NCBI GenBank assembly: GCA_963815095.1
Contig: CAWFFH010000003.1
Coordinates: 1,152,001-1,216,000, forward strand
DNA length: 64,000 nucleotides
Origin: Candidatus Bathyarchaeota archaeon
Lineage (GTDB): Archaea > Thermoproteota > Bathyarchaeia > Bathyarchaeales > Bathycorpusculaceae
Direction of reading: 5' to 3'
A program made the position numbers and the translations under genes. The stretch's first letter is position 1. The number at the start of each line of letters is the position of its first letter. Below the pieces are notes generated by a model. That model was not told the DNA's origin, ran no database searches, and worked only from the letters and a program-made list of their open reading frames with translations. Positions 43,635-54,315 of the stretch are shown piece after piece.

Positions 43635-44531
43635 GTGACCATTAAAATTCTCGTTAGCGATAAAATATTTGATGAAGGCATAAGGCTTCTTGAAGAAAAA
43701 GGCTACCAAGTCACTCGGGCATGGGACACGCCGAAGTCTGAGTTGCCCAAAATCATTGCTGATTATGATGTGTTGATTGTGCGGTCAGCAACCAAAGTTA
43801 AAGGCGAACTGCTTGATAACGCCAAAAGGCTTCGCGTTATTGGGCGTGCTGGGGAAGGTTTAGATAATGTAGATTTTGAAAAAGCCAAAACCTTGGGCAT
43901 TGCTTTGGTGAATACGCCGCATGTTTCCTACATGAGCGTTGCAGAACTAACCATCGGGCACATGTTGGCGTTATCACGAAACATTGTGCAAGGAACAACC
44001 AGCCTTCGCGAGGGCAAATGGAAAAAGGAAGAATTAATGGGTCATGAAGTTAACGGCAAAACTTTGGGTGTTATAGGTTGCGGCTTCATTGGCAAAACTG
44101 TGGAGCGTTTAGCTTTGGCTTTGGGAATGAAAGTGTTGCCTGTCGAAGAATGCGTGTATGATCGTTTTGTTCCGCTTGGTGAAATGTTGCCTCAAGCTGA
44201 TTTCATTACAATTCATGTCCCCCTTACTCCTCACACGCACCACATGATATCTACTAAAGAGTTTAATCTAATGAAAAAAGGCGTTGGACTAATCGATTGT
44301 TCTCGAGGTGGAGTAGTGGATCAAGAAGCCCTCTACCAAGCTCTCGTCTCGGGCAAAGTCGCAGGTGCCGCACTCGACGTCTTCGAAGAAGAACCACCCA
44401 TAAATAGCAAACTCTTGACACTGAGCAACGTTATAGCTACGCCCCATATGGGTGCGCAAACTCATGAAGCACAATTCAAGGCAAGTATCCAAATAGCTAA
44501 AGCAGTTATTGAAGCGCTTGAAAAAAAATGA
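43635..44531 (+). CDS. serA: D-3-phosphoglycerate dehydrogenase (short form without ACT domain)
   Basis: VRSATKV, GRAG.GLDNVD, G.G.IG, AALDVF..EP and TPH.GA motifs. Confidence 0.88.
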   Translation: MTIKILVSDKIFDEGIRLLEEKGYQVTRAWDTPKSELPKIIADYDVLIVRSATKVKGELLDNAKRLRVIGRAGEGLDNVDFEKAKTLGIALVNTPHVSYMSVAELTIGHMLALSRNIVQGTTSLREGKWKKEELMGHEVNGKTLGVIGCGFIGKTVERLALALGMKVLPVEECVYDRFVPLGEMLPQADFITIHVPLTPHTHHMISTKEFNLMKKGVGLIDCSRGGVVDQEALYQALVSGKVAGAALDVFEEEPPINSKLLTLSNVIATPHMGAQTHEAQFKASIQIAKAVIEALEKK

Positions 44532-44541
44532 GTTGTCCTGT

Positions 44542-45819
44542 TTGGTTGATGTTAGACCCTTTAAAGCCATAGGCTACACCCAGAAGGCGGGCAACGCAGA
44601 GGATTTGATAACTCAGCCATACGACAAAATAGACTTAGAAATGCAGAAAGCGTACTATGCGAAGTCGCCTTACAATTATTGCCGCTTGATTTTGCCTTTG
44701 GAAGAAAACAAGTACCAAGTCGCGAACGATCGCATTATGCTGTGGCTTAAGGAGGGTGTGATGGCAAAAGAAACCGAACCAACCATTTTTGTTTCACGTC
44801 AAGAATTTACTCTCGACGGAAAAAAATATGCCCGCACAGGCTTAATTGCGGCGCTCCGGCTTTACCCGTATAGCGAAAACATGGTGTTTCCCCACGAAGC
44901 AACCTACAAAGCCCCGAAAGCTGACCGCTTAAACATGCTTCGCACGGTGCAAAAGGATCTTGAACCTGTCTTCTTAATGTATCAAGACCCAGAAAACCTA
45001 ACCATCAACATTTTTAATGAAATCTCCAAAACAAAACCGGTCATTCAAGTCACCGACTCACTTGGTATCAAACATACTCTTTGGAAAATCAGCGCCCCCA
45101 AAACAATCCAGCAACTCCAAGCCATTCTATCCCCAAAAACCATGGTTATCAATGATGGTCACCATCGTTATGAAAGCGCCCTGGCCTACCGAGATGAAAT
45201 GCGGAGCAAGGGCAATTGGACCGAGGATTCAGCCTTCAACTTTCATATGAGTTACATGGTGCCCGTTCAAGAAGTAGGTCTTGTGGTTTTGCCAACGCAT
45301 AGGCTGCTTAAAGACTACAAGTTAACTGATGATTTGCTGCATGCCTTCAAGTTTTTCTTTGACGTCCAAGAAGTTCAACCTAACGTTGATGGATTAGAAA
45401 CTTTTCTCAATAAACACGTTAACGAGCATGCTTTCTGCATTTATGACGGTTCAAAAGCTTACGGACTACTGTTAAAGCACGACAAAGCAGTCTATGAATT
45501 TGTAAATGCTAATGTGTCTAAAGAAACCAAAATCTTTGACGTTGTTATCCTGCGAGATATAGTTTTCAAGTTTATCTTAAAAACTGGCGAGTTAAACATC
45601 GATGATAACATTCTTTATGTGCGTTGGACTAAGGCTGCAGTAGAAAAAATTGATCGTGGCGAAGCCAGCCTAGCGTTCCTTGTTAACCCGATTAGTGCTA
45701 AAACAGTTGCAGAAATAGCGCAACAACACGAACTCCTGCCAGAGAAAAGTACAGATTTTTATCCAAAACTGGTGTCGGGTTTGATGATGATGGATATTTC
45801 TGCTAGCGAAAAGCTATAG
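44542..45819 (+). CDS. DUF1015 family protein
   Basis: PYD.I, PHE.T, DGHHRYE and KST.FYPK motifs; usual neighbour of serA. Confidence 0.9.
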   Translation: MVDVRPFKAIGYTQKAGNAEDLITQPYDKIDLEMQKAYYAKSPYNYCRLILPLEENKYQVANDRIMLWLKEGVMAKETEPTIFVSRQEFTLDGKKYARTGLIAALRLYPYSENMVFPHEATYKAPKADRLNMLRTVQKDLEPVFLMYQDPENLTINIFNEISKTKPVIQVTDSLGIKHTLWKISAPKTIQQLQAILSPKTMVINDGHHRYESALAYRDEMRSKGNWTEDSAFNFHMSYMVPVQEVGLVVLPTHRLLKDYKLTDDLLHAFKFFFDVQEVQPNVDGLETFLNKHVNEHAFCIYDGSKAYGLLLKHDKAVYEFVNANVSKETKIFDVVILRDIVFKFILKTGELNIDDNILYVRWTKAAVEKIDRGEASLAFLVNPISAKTVAEIAQQHELLPEKSTDFYPKLVSGLMMMDISASEKL

Positions 45820-45910
45820 GCTCATTTTCTGTTTTAGCGTTTTCTTGATGAAAACAATTATTAAGCGATCGGTAGAAACTGAGAGCTAATCCTAAAAAGA
45901 GGAAAGAAAA

Positions 45911-46639
45911 ATGACTGAAACAGAAAAAATAGCATTACCCACTCCAATTTCACCTACAAAAAAATACGCTGCTGAACTGATTGGAACGATGGTTCTGGTA
46001 CTCATAGGCTGCGGTAGCGCGGTCATAGCCGGCTACAACATTGGATTCTCAGGCATCGCTTTTGCTTTCGGACTTGCAGTCTTAGCTATGGTTTACGCCA
46101 TAGGCGCAATTTCTGGCTGCCACATTAACCCAGCAATTTCGATATCGATGTTCGTCGCGGGAAAATTAAGCGCAAAAGATACAGCATTATATGTTGTTTT
46201 CCAATGCATAGGCGCAATAATCGGTGCGAGCATACTCTACGCAATAGCGGTCGGAAACCCCACATACAGCTTAGCTGTAAACGGTTTGGGACAAAACGGC
46301 TACGGCATTGCATCTCCAGCAGGTTACAATATGACCTCCGCCTTCATCGCTGAAATAGTCTTAACCTTCATATTCCTAATCGTTATCTTCGGCTCAACCA
46401 GTGAACGTGCACCTAAAGGATTCGCAGGCTTATCCATCGGCTTAACCCTAGTAATGATCCACCTTGTAGCAATACCAATCGACGGCACATCCGTGAACCC
46501 AGCAAGAAGCTTAGGCCCAGCACTCCTCATGGCTATAACAAACACCACAGCTCTAAGTCAACTTTGGCTATTCATCGTCGCACCAATAATCGGCGGAATC
46601 TTAGCAGCAATCGTCTGGAAAATCTTTAAACAAAAATAG
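45911..46639 (+). CDS. aqpZ: Aquaporin Z
   Basis: ISGCHINPA and SVNPARS motifs. Confidence 0.92.
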   Translation: MTETEKIALPTPISPTKKYAAELIGTMVLVLIGCGSAVIAGYNIGFSGIAFAFGLAVLAMVYAIGAISGCHINPAISISMFVAGKLSAKDTALYVVFQCIGAIIGASILYAIAVGNPTYSLAVNGLGQNGYGIASPAGYNMTSAFIAEIVLTFIFLIVIFGSTSERAPKGFAGLSIGLTLVMIHLVAIPIDGTSVNPARSLGPALLMAITNTTALSQLWLFIVAPIIGGILAAIVWKIFKQK

Positions 46640-46679
46640 AACAACTATTTCCTTTCTTTTTTATCTTTTTTGAAAAAAA

Positions 46680-46826
46680 TTATTTGACAAATTTTGTTGC
46701 GTGCCGTTTGAACCGTTTTTTACAAACAAGGCTGCAAAAATAGAATGTTTCTCCATCATAAGAAATTTTGAATTTCGCTGTATTCTCGTCTAGAACCATT
46801 CCGCAAACAGGATCTCTATATGACAT
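46680..46826 (-). CDS. YHS domain protein (48 aa, not in the ORF track)
   Basis: Manual translation MSYRDPVCGMVLDENTAKFKISYDGETFYFCSLVCKKRFKRHATKFVK. Confidence 0.85.
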   Translation of the reverse strand: MSYRDPVCGMVLDENTAKFKISYDGETFYFCSLVCKKRFKRHATKFVK

Positions 46827-46985
46827 TACTTGTAGGTAACCCTCAACCACAAGATTCTCTTTTCTTCCTATTATGGTTAGTGGTAGCTTAAACTAAAAGC
46901 AACGAGATTTCTTCGTCCCAAAACAATTTCTGACAACTATTTAAGGCTGGCAAAGTAAATTTGGAGAAATTTGCCATATAGTTGG

Positions 46986-47249
46986 TTAATCGTCTTCTGC
47001 GTCTTCTTTAGCTAACTCAACTGAAACTGAGTCATCGTGGCTGACGGCGTTTTTGCTTGTTTTCTTTTTGCTTGGTCCTTCATCTTCTCTTCCCTTCATG
47101 AAGCCTTCTTCAGCTGCGGTGATTTCGTCATCGTCGAGCATTTCTTCTCTTTCTTTTGAGTTGTATATGTCATCGGTTTCTTCTTCTATGTCAGGTTTGG
47201 GGTCTCCAGTAAAGAAGTGTGGTAGGGGCTTTTTTTTGGCTTTACTCAT
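46986..47249 (-). CDS. Small acidic hypothetical protein
   Basis: DIY...REEMLDDDEITAAEEGFMKG motif. Confidence 0.7.
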   Translation of the reverse strand: MSKAKKKPLPHFFTGDPKPDIEEETDDIYNSKEREEMLDDDEITAAEEGFMKGREDEGPSKKKTSKNAVSHDDSVSVELAKEDAEDD

Positions 47250-47665
47250 TGTTATATATCTCCATTTAAGCTTCAAGCTTATGCTTTGTTAGATTCAACT
47301 TGTGCTTTTAAAGGCTTTTATGACTATGTGATTGGGGTTTGACAGTCACAAATCCGGAGATTAAGCATTACTTGCCAAAAATCAACAAACAAAATAACGA
47401 TAGTTACTGGAGTTATAATTTTTATGTGTTTAATTCTATTGATTACAAAAATGATCTAATTAAATTAAATTTTGATGGTTTTTAGTGGCAAACTACAATT
47501 TTTTGGTCAAAATAGTGCCTCAACGTGCCCTTTGCCTGAAATCTTGCTAAACCTTTTTATACGCGCCGCACCTTTTTTGGGCTGTCACATTAATCATGCT
47601 ATCACCAAAGCTTCTGAAGCTTTTAGAGACATCATGAAATATCCTGTGGCAGAAGAAACAAAAGT

Positions 47666-48823
47666 ATGCAAATTCAATCATTTAAGGACTTGCCATTATC
47701 ATGTGAAGTCCTAAAAAGTATAGCAGAACTCGGGTTTGATAGTCTTTTTCCAATTCAAGCTCAAGCAATAATCCCCTTACTCGAAGGCAAAGATGTCATC
47801 GGGCAAGCACAAACCGGAACAGGAAAAACAGCCGCTTTCGGCGTACCAATGGTTCAACGTATAAACCGTGAAATCCGTGGCGTTCAAGGATTAATTTTAG
47901 TTCCAACCCGCGAATTAGCTGTGCAAGTAGCTGAACAAATGACGCTTTTTGCGAAATACGCAAAACTGCGAGTTTTAGCTGTTTACGGTGGAGAATCAAT
48001 CAACAAACAAATCCACGCATTAGCCAGCGGAGTCCAAATCGTTGTCGGTACTCCTGGAAGATTAATCGACCTTATGGAAAGGCGCGTGTTAAATCTTTCA
48101 ACTGTAAAGATAGTGGTTCTTGATGAAGCTGATCGTATGCTCGATATGGGCTTCACCGAAGATGTTGAGTTCATTCTCTCAAAAACACCCAAAGACAGGC
48201 AAACAAGTCTTTTCAGTGCAACCATGGAACAATCAGTCATGCGCGTCTGCAACAAGTACATGAAGAACCCAGAGAAAATCCTCGTCAGCAAAGACGAAAT
48301 CGCATTAACCCAAATGAAACAGTTCTACACTGTCGTTAACCAAAACGGCAAATTCGGAGCACTCTGCGACATCTTACATGACGATCGCGTCGACAAAGCA
48401 ATAATTTTCTGCCGCACACGCAGAGAAACCAGCCGCCTCTCAGACCAACTCTACCGCAAAGGTTGCCGAGTACAAGCACTCCACGCAGGCTTCACACAAG
48501 CACAGCGAGACCGCGCAATCAGCGAGTTCAAAGCAGGCCGACTAAATCTACTTGTAGCAACTGACGTTGCAGCAAGGGGCTTAGACATCGAAGGTATAAC
48601 ACACATAATCAACTACGACGTACCAAACGACGCACCAGTTTACTTCCACCGCATAGGCAGAACTGCACGCAAAGGCGAAGAAGGCACAGCAATCACATTA
48701 GTTAGCTACGGCGAAATGTCAAACTTTAACCAAATCAAATCGCTGACCAAAACTAAAATCGAAGAAATCAAGCCAGCCTCTAATGAACGCAGCGAAGATT
48801 CGCCAATTCAAAGCTTTTACTAA
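47666..48823 (+). CDS. DEAD-box RNA helicase
   Basis: AQTGTGKT, PTRELA, DEAD, SAT, ARGLD and HRIGRTAR motifs. Confidence 0.96.
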   Translation: MQIQSFKDLPLSCEVLKSIAELGFDSLFPIQAQAIIPLLEGKDVIGQAQTGTGKTAAFGVPMVQRINREIRGVQGLILVPTRELAVQVAEQMTLFAKYAKLRVLAVYGGESINKQIHALASGVQIVVGTPGRLIDLMERRVLNLSTVKIVVLDEADRMLDMGFTEDVEFILSKTPKDRQTSLFSATMEQSVMRVCNKYMKNPEKILVSKDEIALTQMKQFYTVVNQNGKFGALCDILHDDRVDKAIIFCRTRRETSRLSDQLYRKGCRVQALHAGFTQAQRDRAISEFKAGRLNLLVATDVAARGLDIEGITHIINYDVPNDAPVYFHRIGRTARKGEEGTAITLVSYGEMSNFNQIKSLTKTKIEEIKPASNERSEDSPIQSFY

Positions 48824-48908
48824 AAAGCTTTCTTTATTTTCTTTTTTCTTGTTTATTTTTAGGTTATTTCATTAAAACTTAAAAGAACATCGCACTTATT
48901 GTAGAGTC

Positions 48909-49838
48909 ATGAGCAAGCTCTTAAACGACGTCATTTCAGGTTTTGCAAGGTTCACAAATAAGAGTTTGATAAAAAACCTTCTCGTTACTACGCTTTGCGT
49001 ATTGTTTATTCTTGTTCTGGTTTTTTATCCTTATCAATATTACGAGTCAGCTGGCAGAAACGGAAACTCCGGCTTCCAAGTTGGCATCCATTATGTCTAT
49101 GAACAGGATTTCCTTGACCAGATTTATGGTCAAGTCACGCAGATTCATTATTTAGGCTTCAAAGCTATACGGATAACTCTTGAATGTAATCCGTTCGACT
49201 TCAACGATACCACAAACAAAAAAACGGATATGTTCTTTTCAGCTACCGCCAATTATGGTTTAGCCGTGGCACTAGTAATTCAAAACTTAGAGTCAATCGA
49301 TAAAGTGAACTATTATCTCACGCGTTGGGGAAGTCACCTATCGTACATCCAAGTTATGAATGAACCCGAGTTATCCTCAACTTGGTCCGTTGGATCAATA
49401 TTCTCTGATGATGAAATCGTCACTAACTTTGACCAGATGTACGCAACTGTTGCAGCTCACAATCTTCCCGTCCAACTCTACACCAATTTCGGAATCGGCT
49501 ACGTCCTCAGAAGTAACGTGCCTATTGAGGTTAGCAAAAAACTCGATTTCGTTGGCTTAGACATATTTATGGATTCTTTTCTTGTGCTCTCGCCGCATTT
49601 CATTCAAAACCTACAGGACATTACACACAAAAACGTGTTGATAACCGAGTATGGCATGTCGACGAGTAATGGTCAAACTCAAAGTGACTTCATAATCAAG
49701 GGGCTTAACCTTTTCAAAAGTATGGGTCTCCCGGGATGCTGGTTGGTTTACTGGAATAGTGCTTTTGACAATTATGGAATTCGGGGTAGAATCGCGGAAC
49801 AAGCAATAGGTGATTGGATTGCAAAAAATTCTAACTGA
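48909..49838 (+). CDS. Membrane-anchored clan GH-A-like glycoside hydrolase
   Basis: N-terminal TM; NEP (acid/base) and ITEYG (nucleophile) motifs. Confidence 0.7.
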   Translation: MSKLLNDVISGFARFTNKSLIKNLLVTTLCVLFILVLVFYPYQYYESAGRNGNSGFQVGIHYVYEQDFLDQIYGQVTQIHYLGFKAIRITLECNPFDFNDTTNKKTDMFFSATANYGLAVALVIQNLESIDKVNYYLTRWGSHLSYIQVMNEPELSSTWSVGSIFSDDEIVTNFDQMYATVAAHNLPVQLYTNFGIGYVLRSNVPIEVSKKLDFVGLDIFMDSFLVLSPHFIQNLQDITHKNVLITEYGMSTSNGQTQSDFIIKGLNLFKSMGLPGCWLVYWNSAFDNYGIRGRIAEQAIGDWIAKNSN

Positions 49839-50271
49839 AAATAGAGTCTTTAACCATTTGCGGCATTTGCATTTAGTAGAGAAGCTTCTGCTTCAAGGCT
49901 TGATTTTAGCCGTCATATTGATTGTTGTGAAGATTCAGTTGGACGGTGCAGCGGTCGCTTTTATCGATTATATGCCACCCATAGGGTTTGCTCTTTTAAT
50001 TTTCTTAACATACTTCGTTCAACCAATACTTCTAGGTGTTGTCAACATATTCATCATAAACACTCTCTTCGGGACTAAAGGTTGGCAAGTAGGTTTTTGG
50101 CTTAACGGTGTATTTTTGCTCCTTGCATTTACAACCATCAACCTTGTTCTGCAAATGGTCCTAAACTTGACTTTCACATACGTCGCCGTAATCGATCTTG
50201 TCCTTTTGGCCTTTCCATTTGGTTGCTTAGCTCGCTTTAGTAACGGTGGATGGAAAAAACCCATCGACTAA
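49810..50271 (+). CDS. Multi-pass membrane protein (start uncertain)
   Basis: About four hydrophobic segments; overlaps the end of the hydrolase gene. Confidence 0.65.
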   Translation: MIGLQKILTENRVFNHLRHLHLVEKLLLQGLILAVILIVVKIQLDGAAVAFIDYMPPIGFALLIFLTYFVQPILLGVVNIFIINTLFGTKGWQVGFWLNGVFLLLAFTTINLVLQMVLNLTFTYVAVIDLVLLAFPFGCLARFSNGGWKKPID

Positions 50272-50353
50272 CCTCTAACCATGCTGCAACTCAATTAGCT
50301 GTTTGGGGATTTTCTGTAAAAGATTAAGTGAGGGCTTGTGAAAGGGTAACGTT

Positions 50354-51160
50354 ATGGTTGATGTTTCGCTGCTTATTCGTCTTGTTTTGGAGTTTGCTGT
50401 AGGCAGTTTATGGGTAATAGTAATTACACTTGTTGCGGAAAAGAAGGGTAGTGTTCTTGGAGGTGTTTTGGGCGGTCTTCCCTCAACCTCCGCTTTCTCT
50501 TTTTTCTTCATCGGCATCAACCAATCCTCGACCGCTGCTGTTCAGGCAACCACCGTTTTCCCTTTAGCCTTCGCAGTCACCATTGTATACTTGTTCTTTT
50601 TTGCCTATTTTACCAAGAAAAGTTTCAGCAATGGCATAATAATTTCACTTTCTATGTGGTTTGTAGTTTCTGCCTTAATTGTTGTCTCTGGGCTTAGAGA
50701 TTTTTGGGTTGCCCTATTTGGCGGAACCATAATTTCTCTTACAACTTATTTTGCTTTCACTAAAAAGCTGAAGTTGCCCAACCTAAAAGGTAAACAAAAA
50801 CTCTACAAACCCCACGAAATCTTGTTTCGCGGCGTTGGTGCTGGGTCTTTGGTTGCGGTTTCAGTGCTTTTGAGCCAAATTGGAGGACCAATATTGGGTG
50901 GTATAGCTGCGGCATTTCCAGCAGTTTTTACTTCAACCCTGATAATTCTCAACAGAAGCAAAGGGACAGAATTCTCTCGCGCAATAACAAAGCCCTTGGT
51001 GTTTTCTGGTATCCTAACGATTTTTCCTTATTGCGTAGCGGTGAGATATTCTTATCCGGTCTTCGGGGTTTGGCTCGGGACCTTAATCTCCTATGTCATT
51101 GTTGTTCCATTGGCAATTCTTTCTTATCGAAGTCAAACTATAGAGAAAGTTCTGCTATAA
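50354..51160 (+). CDS. DUF3147-like membrane protein with internal duplication
   Basis: G..LGG.LGGLP and GPILGGIAAAFP repeats. Confidence 0.75.
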   Translation: MVDVSLLIRLVLEFAVGSLWVIVITLVAEKKGSVLGGVLGGLPSTSAFSFFFIGINQSSTAAVQATTVFPLAFAVTIVYLFFFAYFTKKSFSNGIIISLSMWFVVSALIVVSGLRDFWVALFGGTIISLTTYFAFTKKLKLPNLKGKQKLYKPHEILFRGVGAGSLVAVSVLLSQIGGPILGGIAAAFPAVFTSTLIILNRSKGTEFSRAITKPLVFSGILTIFPYCVAVRYSYPVFGVWLGTLISYVIVVPLAILSYRSQTIEKVLL

Positions 51161-51445
51161 TGCTTGGGCTTGTAAAATTATTGGTAATCTATTTTATTTG
51201 AAAATGTATTGTGCTAGAAATCCCTTGTTATGGAAGGTGGTTTTTGTATCTTTAGTAGATGCAACAATTGGTTTTCAGAATCGCTGTTGCAGCAGCATCA
51301 GCAGCAGCAACTTCTCGGGTTTTCATGACTGGTTCATTGTTCAATTCTTAACAGGCAGAAAAGTCAAATTATTTTAGATATGAAAAAATCGCTTGCTGTT
51401 CATCAATAGATTTGAATGGAAAAAAAGAAAAGACTGCGTCAATGG

Positions 51446-53140
51446 CTATTTTTTGTTGTTTGAGTACCATTGGCTAAGGTCTGAGTGGCAGAAGGGGCAG
51501 GATCCTTTGGTGTGGAGAAGTTTGTTTCCGCAGTTGGGGCAGAAGGCGGTATCTGGTTTCTGGGCAGGGGTAGCTGATGTTTCTGTTGCCTCTTGGGAGA
51601 TTTTTTGTGCGCGGGTCTTTTTGGGCGTGCTTGATTGTTTTTTATTGCGTGCAACCAAGAGAAGTGCGACTATCACAATGATGGCTATCAGAAGAATGGC
51701 TGCTAAAATCATGGGGTTCGACAGAGGGCTTGTAGGACCTTTTATGGAATTCGTCGTTGGTGTTGCGGTAATTACTATCAGGGGAGTAGCAGGAGTAGCT
51801 GTGGGCGTAGGTTGATTCCACCACTGATTGATTGAAGACGCATCGTAAGCAGAGACATGGGACTGTAAGTCAAGTTGGCTAAATCCAGTTTGCACTCCAG
51901 CTGGAAGTGTCAACATCTGGTTTGCTGTTACAGTAATGTTGCTGTTAGTGTATTGATCAACAAATATGACTGAGCCATCCATAACTTGGATCGTTGTTGA
52001 ATCGTTAGAAACTGTCACAACATAGTCGGTTCCAGCGCCCATTACCAATCCTTGAGGCACCTGAACTGGTCTTACGTTGCAGGTTCCATCTTGGGGCGAA
52101 ATTTGTTCATGAACGTATGCGATACCTGTGCCCAACAATAACGTTCCTTCAACGATTGCTGCACCTGTTAAAGCAATAGGAAGTGTCTCGCCCAAAATCA
52201 GCATGCCAACGCCGATTTCTATGGGAAGCGTTATGGCGATTTGCCCGAACTCGTCAGATTCCACCCCTGTTTCAAAAGGAATTGAACCTGTGGTTGGTGA
52301 GGGCACGGCAGCGTAAGTTATGTTTCCATTTAAAGGATCAGTTTGGGGCTGAAGATATAGCCATCCAGCATCGGAGTTTGCTCCCAAATATAAGGTTCCG
52401 CCATTGTCTGGATAGTTGAAAATCACCATTCCATCTCCGCCTGTTTGAATTTCTGTTCCCGTGCCGATGGAGCTTTGGGTGGTGACTGCTGCGCCGGTTT
52501 CTGCAAAAACCGCTGACCCCTGGACCTGAGAAACGCCTGTTAATTGGTCTAATGTAGGTGGAGCGGGCGCCGGGGTTGGAGTCGCAGTTGGCGCTATCGT
52601 GGCAAAAGGAGGCATAGTGGCTGATGAACCATCTCGTAGCACAATTATTCCGTTTGTGTCAGTTGTTTCGGAGGGTCCAGTTAATGTTGCAGTTATGATG
52701 TCGGTGGTGAAGGTTCCAGCTAGATGTTCCCCGTTTCCTGTACTTGAACCCAACTCATCAGCAGTAAAGCTTGCGCCGGAAACTGTCCCGCTAAACACAA
52801 TTTGATTAAACCCAACAATAGGAACACCACCATAACCATATTCATTCAAGTAGGCAGGATCTGTAACTGAACTTAACTCATCAACATTCAACACTATACT
52901 TAGCGAATTACCACTTTGAGTAATAATCATAGTATACGTTACACTTACATCATTCATTCGCATGGTTGGGTCAAAAGAATCCATTTCATAGTACTTTTCA
53001 GGGATAGCGTTTTTCCATGTTCCAGTTAAATCTCTAGCAGGTGTTAGAGCATCCAGCGGCGCTATCAGTACCGCAAGCAGCAATAGACCTACAATAATTG
53101 GTGTAATAATTTTGAAGTTAGTAACTTTATTTTTTTGCAT
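51446..53140 (-). CDS. Surface protein: signal peptide, beta domain, P/T linkers, FecR-like domain, TM, cytoplasmic zinc ribbon
   Basis: IQTG.DG and GT.Y.V......I.V.DGSV motifs; CPNCG...CPFC. Confidence 0.75.
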   Translation of the reverse strand: MQKNKVTNFKIITPIIVGLLLLAVLIAPLDALTPARDLTGTWKNAIPEKYYEMDSFDPTMRMNDVSVTYTMIITQSGNSLSIVLNVDELSSVTDPAYLNEYGYGGVPIVGFNQIVFSGTVSGASFTADELGSSTGNGEHLAGTFTTDIITATLTGPSETTDTNGIIVLRDGSSATMPPFATIAPTATPTPAPAPPTLDQLTGVSQVQGSAVFAETGAAVTTQSSIGTGTEIQTGGDGMVIFNYPDNGGTLYLGANSDAGWLYLQPQTDPLNGNITYAAVPSPTTGSIPFETGVESDEFGQIAITLPIEIGVGMLILGETLPIALTGAAIVEGTLLLGTGIAYVHEQISPQDGTCNVRPVQVPQGLVMGAGTDYVVTVSNDSTTIQVMDGSVIFVDQYTNSNITVTANQMLTLPAGVQTGFSQLDLQSHVSAYDASSINQWWNQPTPTATPATPLIVITATPTTNSIKGPTSPLSNPMILAAILLIAIIVIVALLLVARNKKQSSTPKKTRAQKISQEATETSATPAQKPDTAFCPNCGNKLLHTKGSCPFCHSDLSQWYSNNKK

Positions 53141-53389
53141 ATGGACTCTCTTCCATTCAAGCGCGTTACCGACATTATTATTAACCTTTCAGGAGCCCTA
53201 CTCAATAGTACTAATCAACAGCTTGCCGCGTGAACCTGTGTAAAAATAGAGTTTGTACTTGAGGCAAAACAAAGAATAAACGTTTTTGAAATTTTTTTAC
53301 ATCTACATTCAAGACGACGATGTTGTCGTTGGTTGCTGGGTCTTTTTGCCTCCAAAATAATTCTGTTGTGATATCAATAATTCTTATTG

Positions 53390-54304
53390 TTATTTTTTTG
53401 GCAAAAGTTCAGCGAGCTCAGCGGTTGCTACACATACTGTGCTGTCGGCGGCACCGTAATAAATTAGAAGTTGGTTATCCATCATAACTTGTCCACAGCT
53501 GAAAACTACGTTAGGGACTTTTCCATAGCGTTCATAATCTTCTGTCGGAGTAAGAATTGGTTCTTTCGAGCGGTAGAGCACTTTCTCAGGGTCGTTTTTG
53601 TCCAGTAGGGCAACGCCCAACGAGTAGACTCTGTCCATGCTTACTCCATGATAGATTAGTAGCCAGCCTTCGTTTATTAAAATTGGCGGTCCTGCGGCGC
53701 CTACTTTCCATGAATCCCAGCTATTTTCTCGAGTACCTAGAATATATTTTAAGCCGTACCAGCGATTTAGATCGTTTGAGCGAGCGATGCAAAGGTCAGG
53801 TTCTAATCTGTGAAACATTACATAGTCGCCGTGTATTTTCTGAGGAAATAGAACTGCATCTTTATTGTGTATTCCTGGAAAAGCCAAAGTTCTTTCACCC
53901 CAGTTCCATTTTCTAGCTAAAAAATCATCCACGTTTATGGATGTTAATGCGATTTGGTATACTTGATGTTGAAAGTGGGTTCCAAAGGCTGTATAAGCCA
54001 TAACTAATGAATTGTCAAATAGAGTTAGACGGGGATCCTCGCAACCTTGGCATTCGATCTCATTTGTTGGGCTGAAAACTGGTAGGGGTAAACGTTCATC
54101 TATGTTGTAGCCGTCCGAAGAAGCTGCTAGTCCTAGGCGTGAAATGTTATCTGTGCCCATTGCTCTGTATAGAAGGTGGACCCGGTTGTTAGCGGCAAAA
54201 GCTGCTGCATTGAAAACTAAGCTTGATTCCCAAACATGTGTGCCTATAGGCTCAAGTATAGGATTATGCGCGTACCTTATCACCGTTCTTTCTCCCCGTG
54301 TCAT
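53390..54304 (-). CDS. GH130 family glycosidase/phosphorylase
   Basis: NPIL.P, VFN, LYRA, EDPR, NKD, WLLIYHG, NVVF and YYGAAD motifs. Confidence 0.9.
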   Translation of the reverse strand: MTRGERTVIRYAHNPILEPIGTHVWESSLVFNAAAFAANNRVHLLYRAMGTDNISRLGLAASSDGYNIDERLPLPVFSPTNEIECQGCEDPRLTLFDNSLVMAYTAFGTHFQHQVYQIALTSINVDDFLARKWNWGERTLAFPGIHNKDAVLFPQKIHGDYVMFHRLEPDLCIARSNDLNRWYGLKYILGTRENSWDSWKVGAAGPPILINEGWLLIYHGVSMDRVYSLGVALLDKNDPEKVLYRSKEPILTPTEDYERYGKVPNVVFSCGQVMMDNQLLIYYGAADSTVCVATAELAELLPKK

Positions 54305-54315
54305 CTCTTTTGCAG

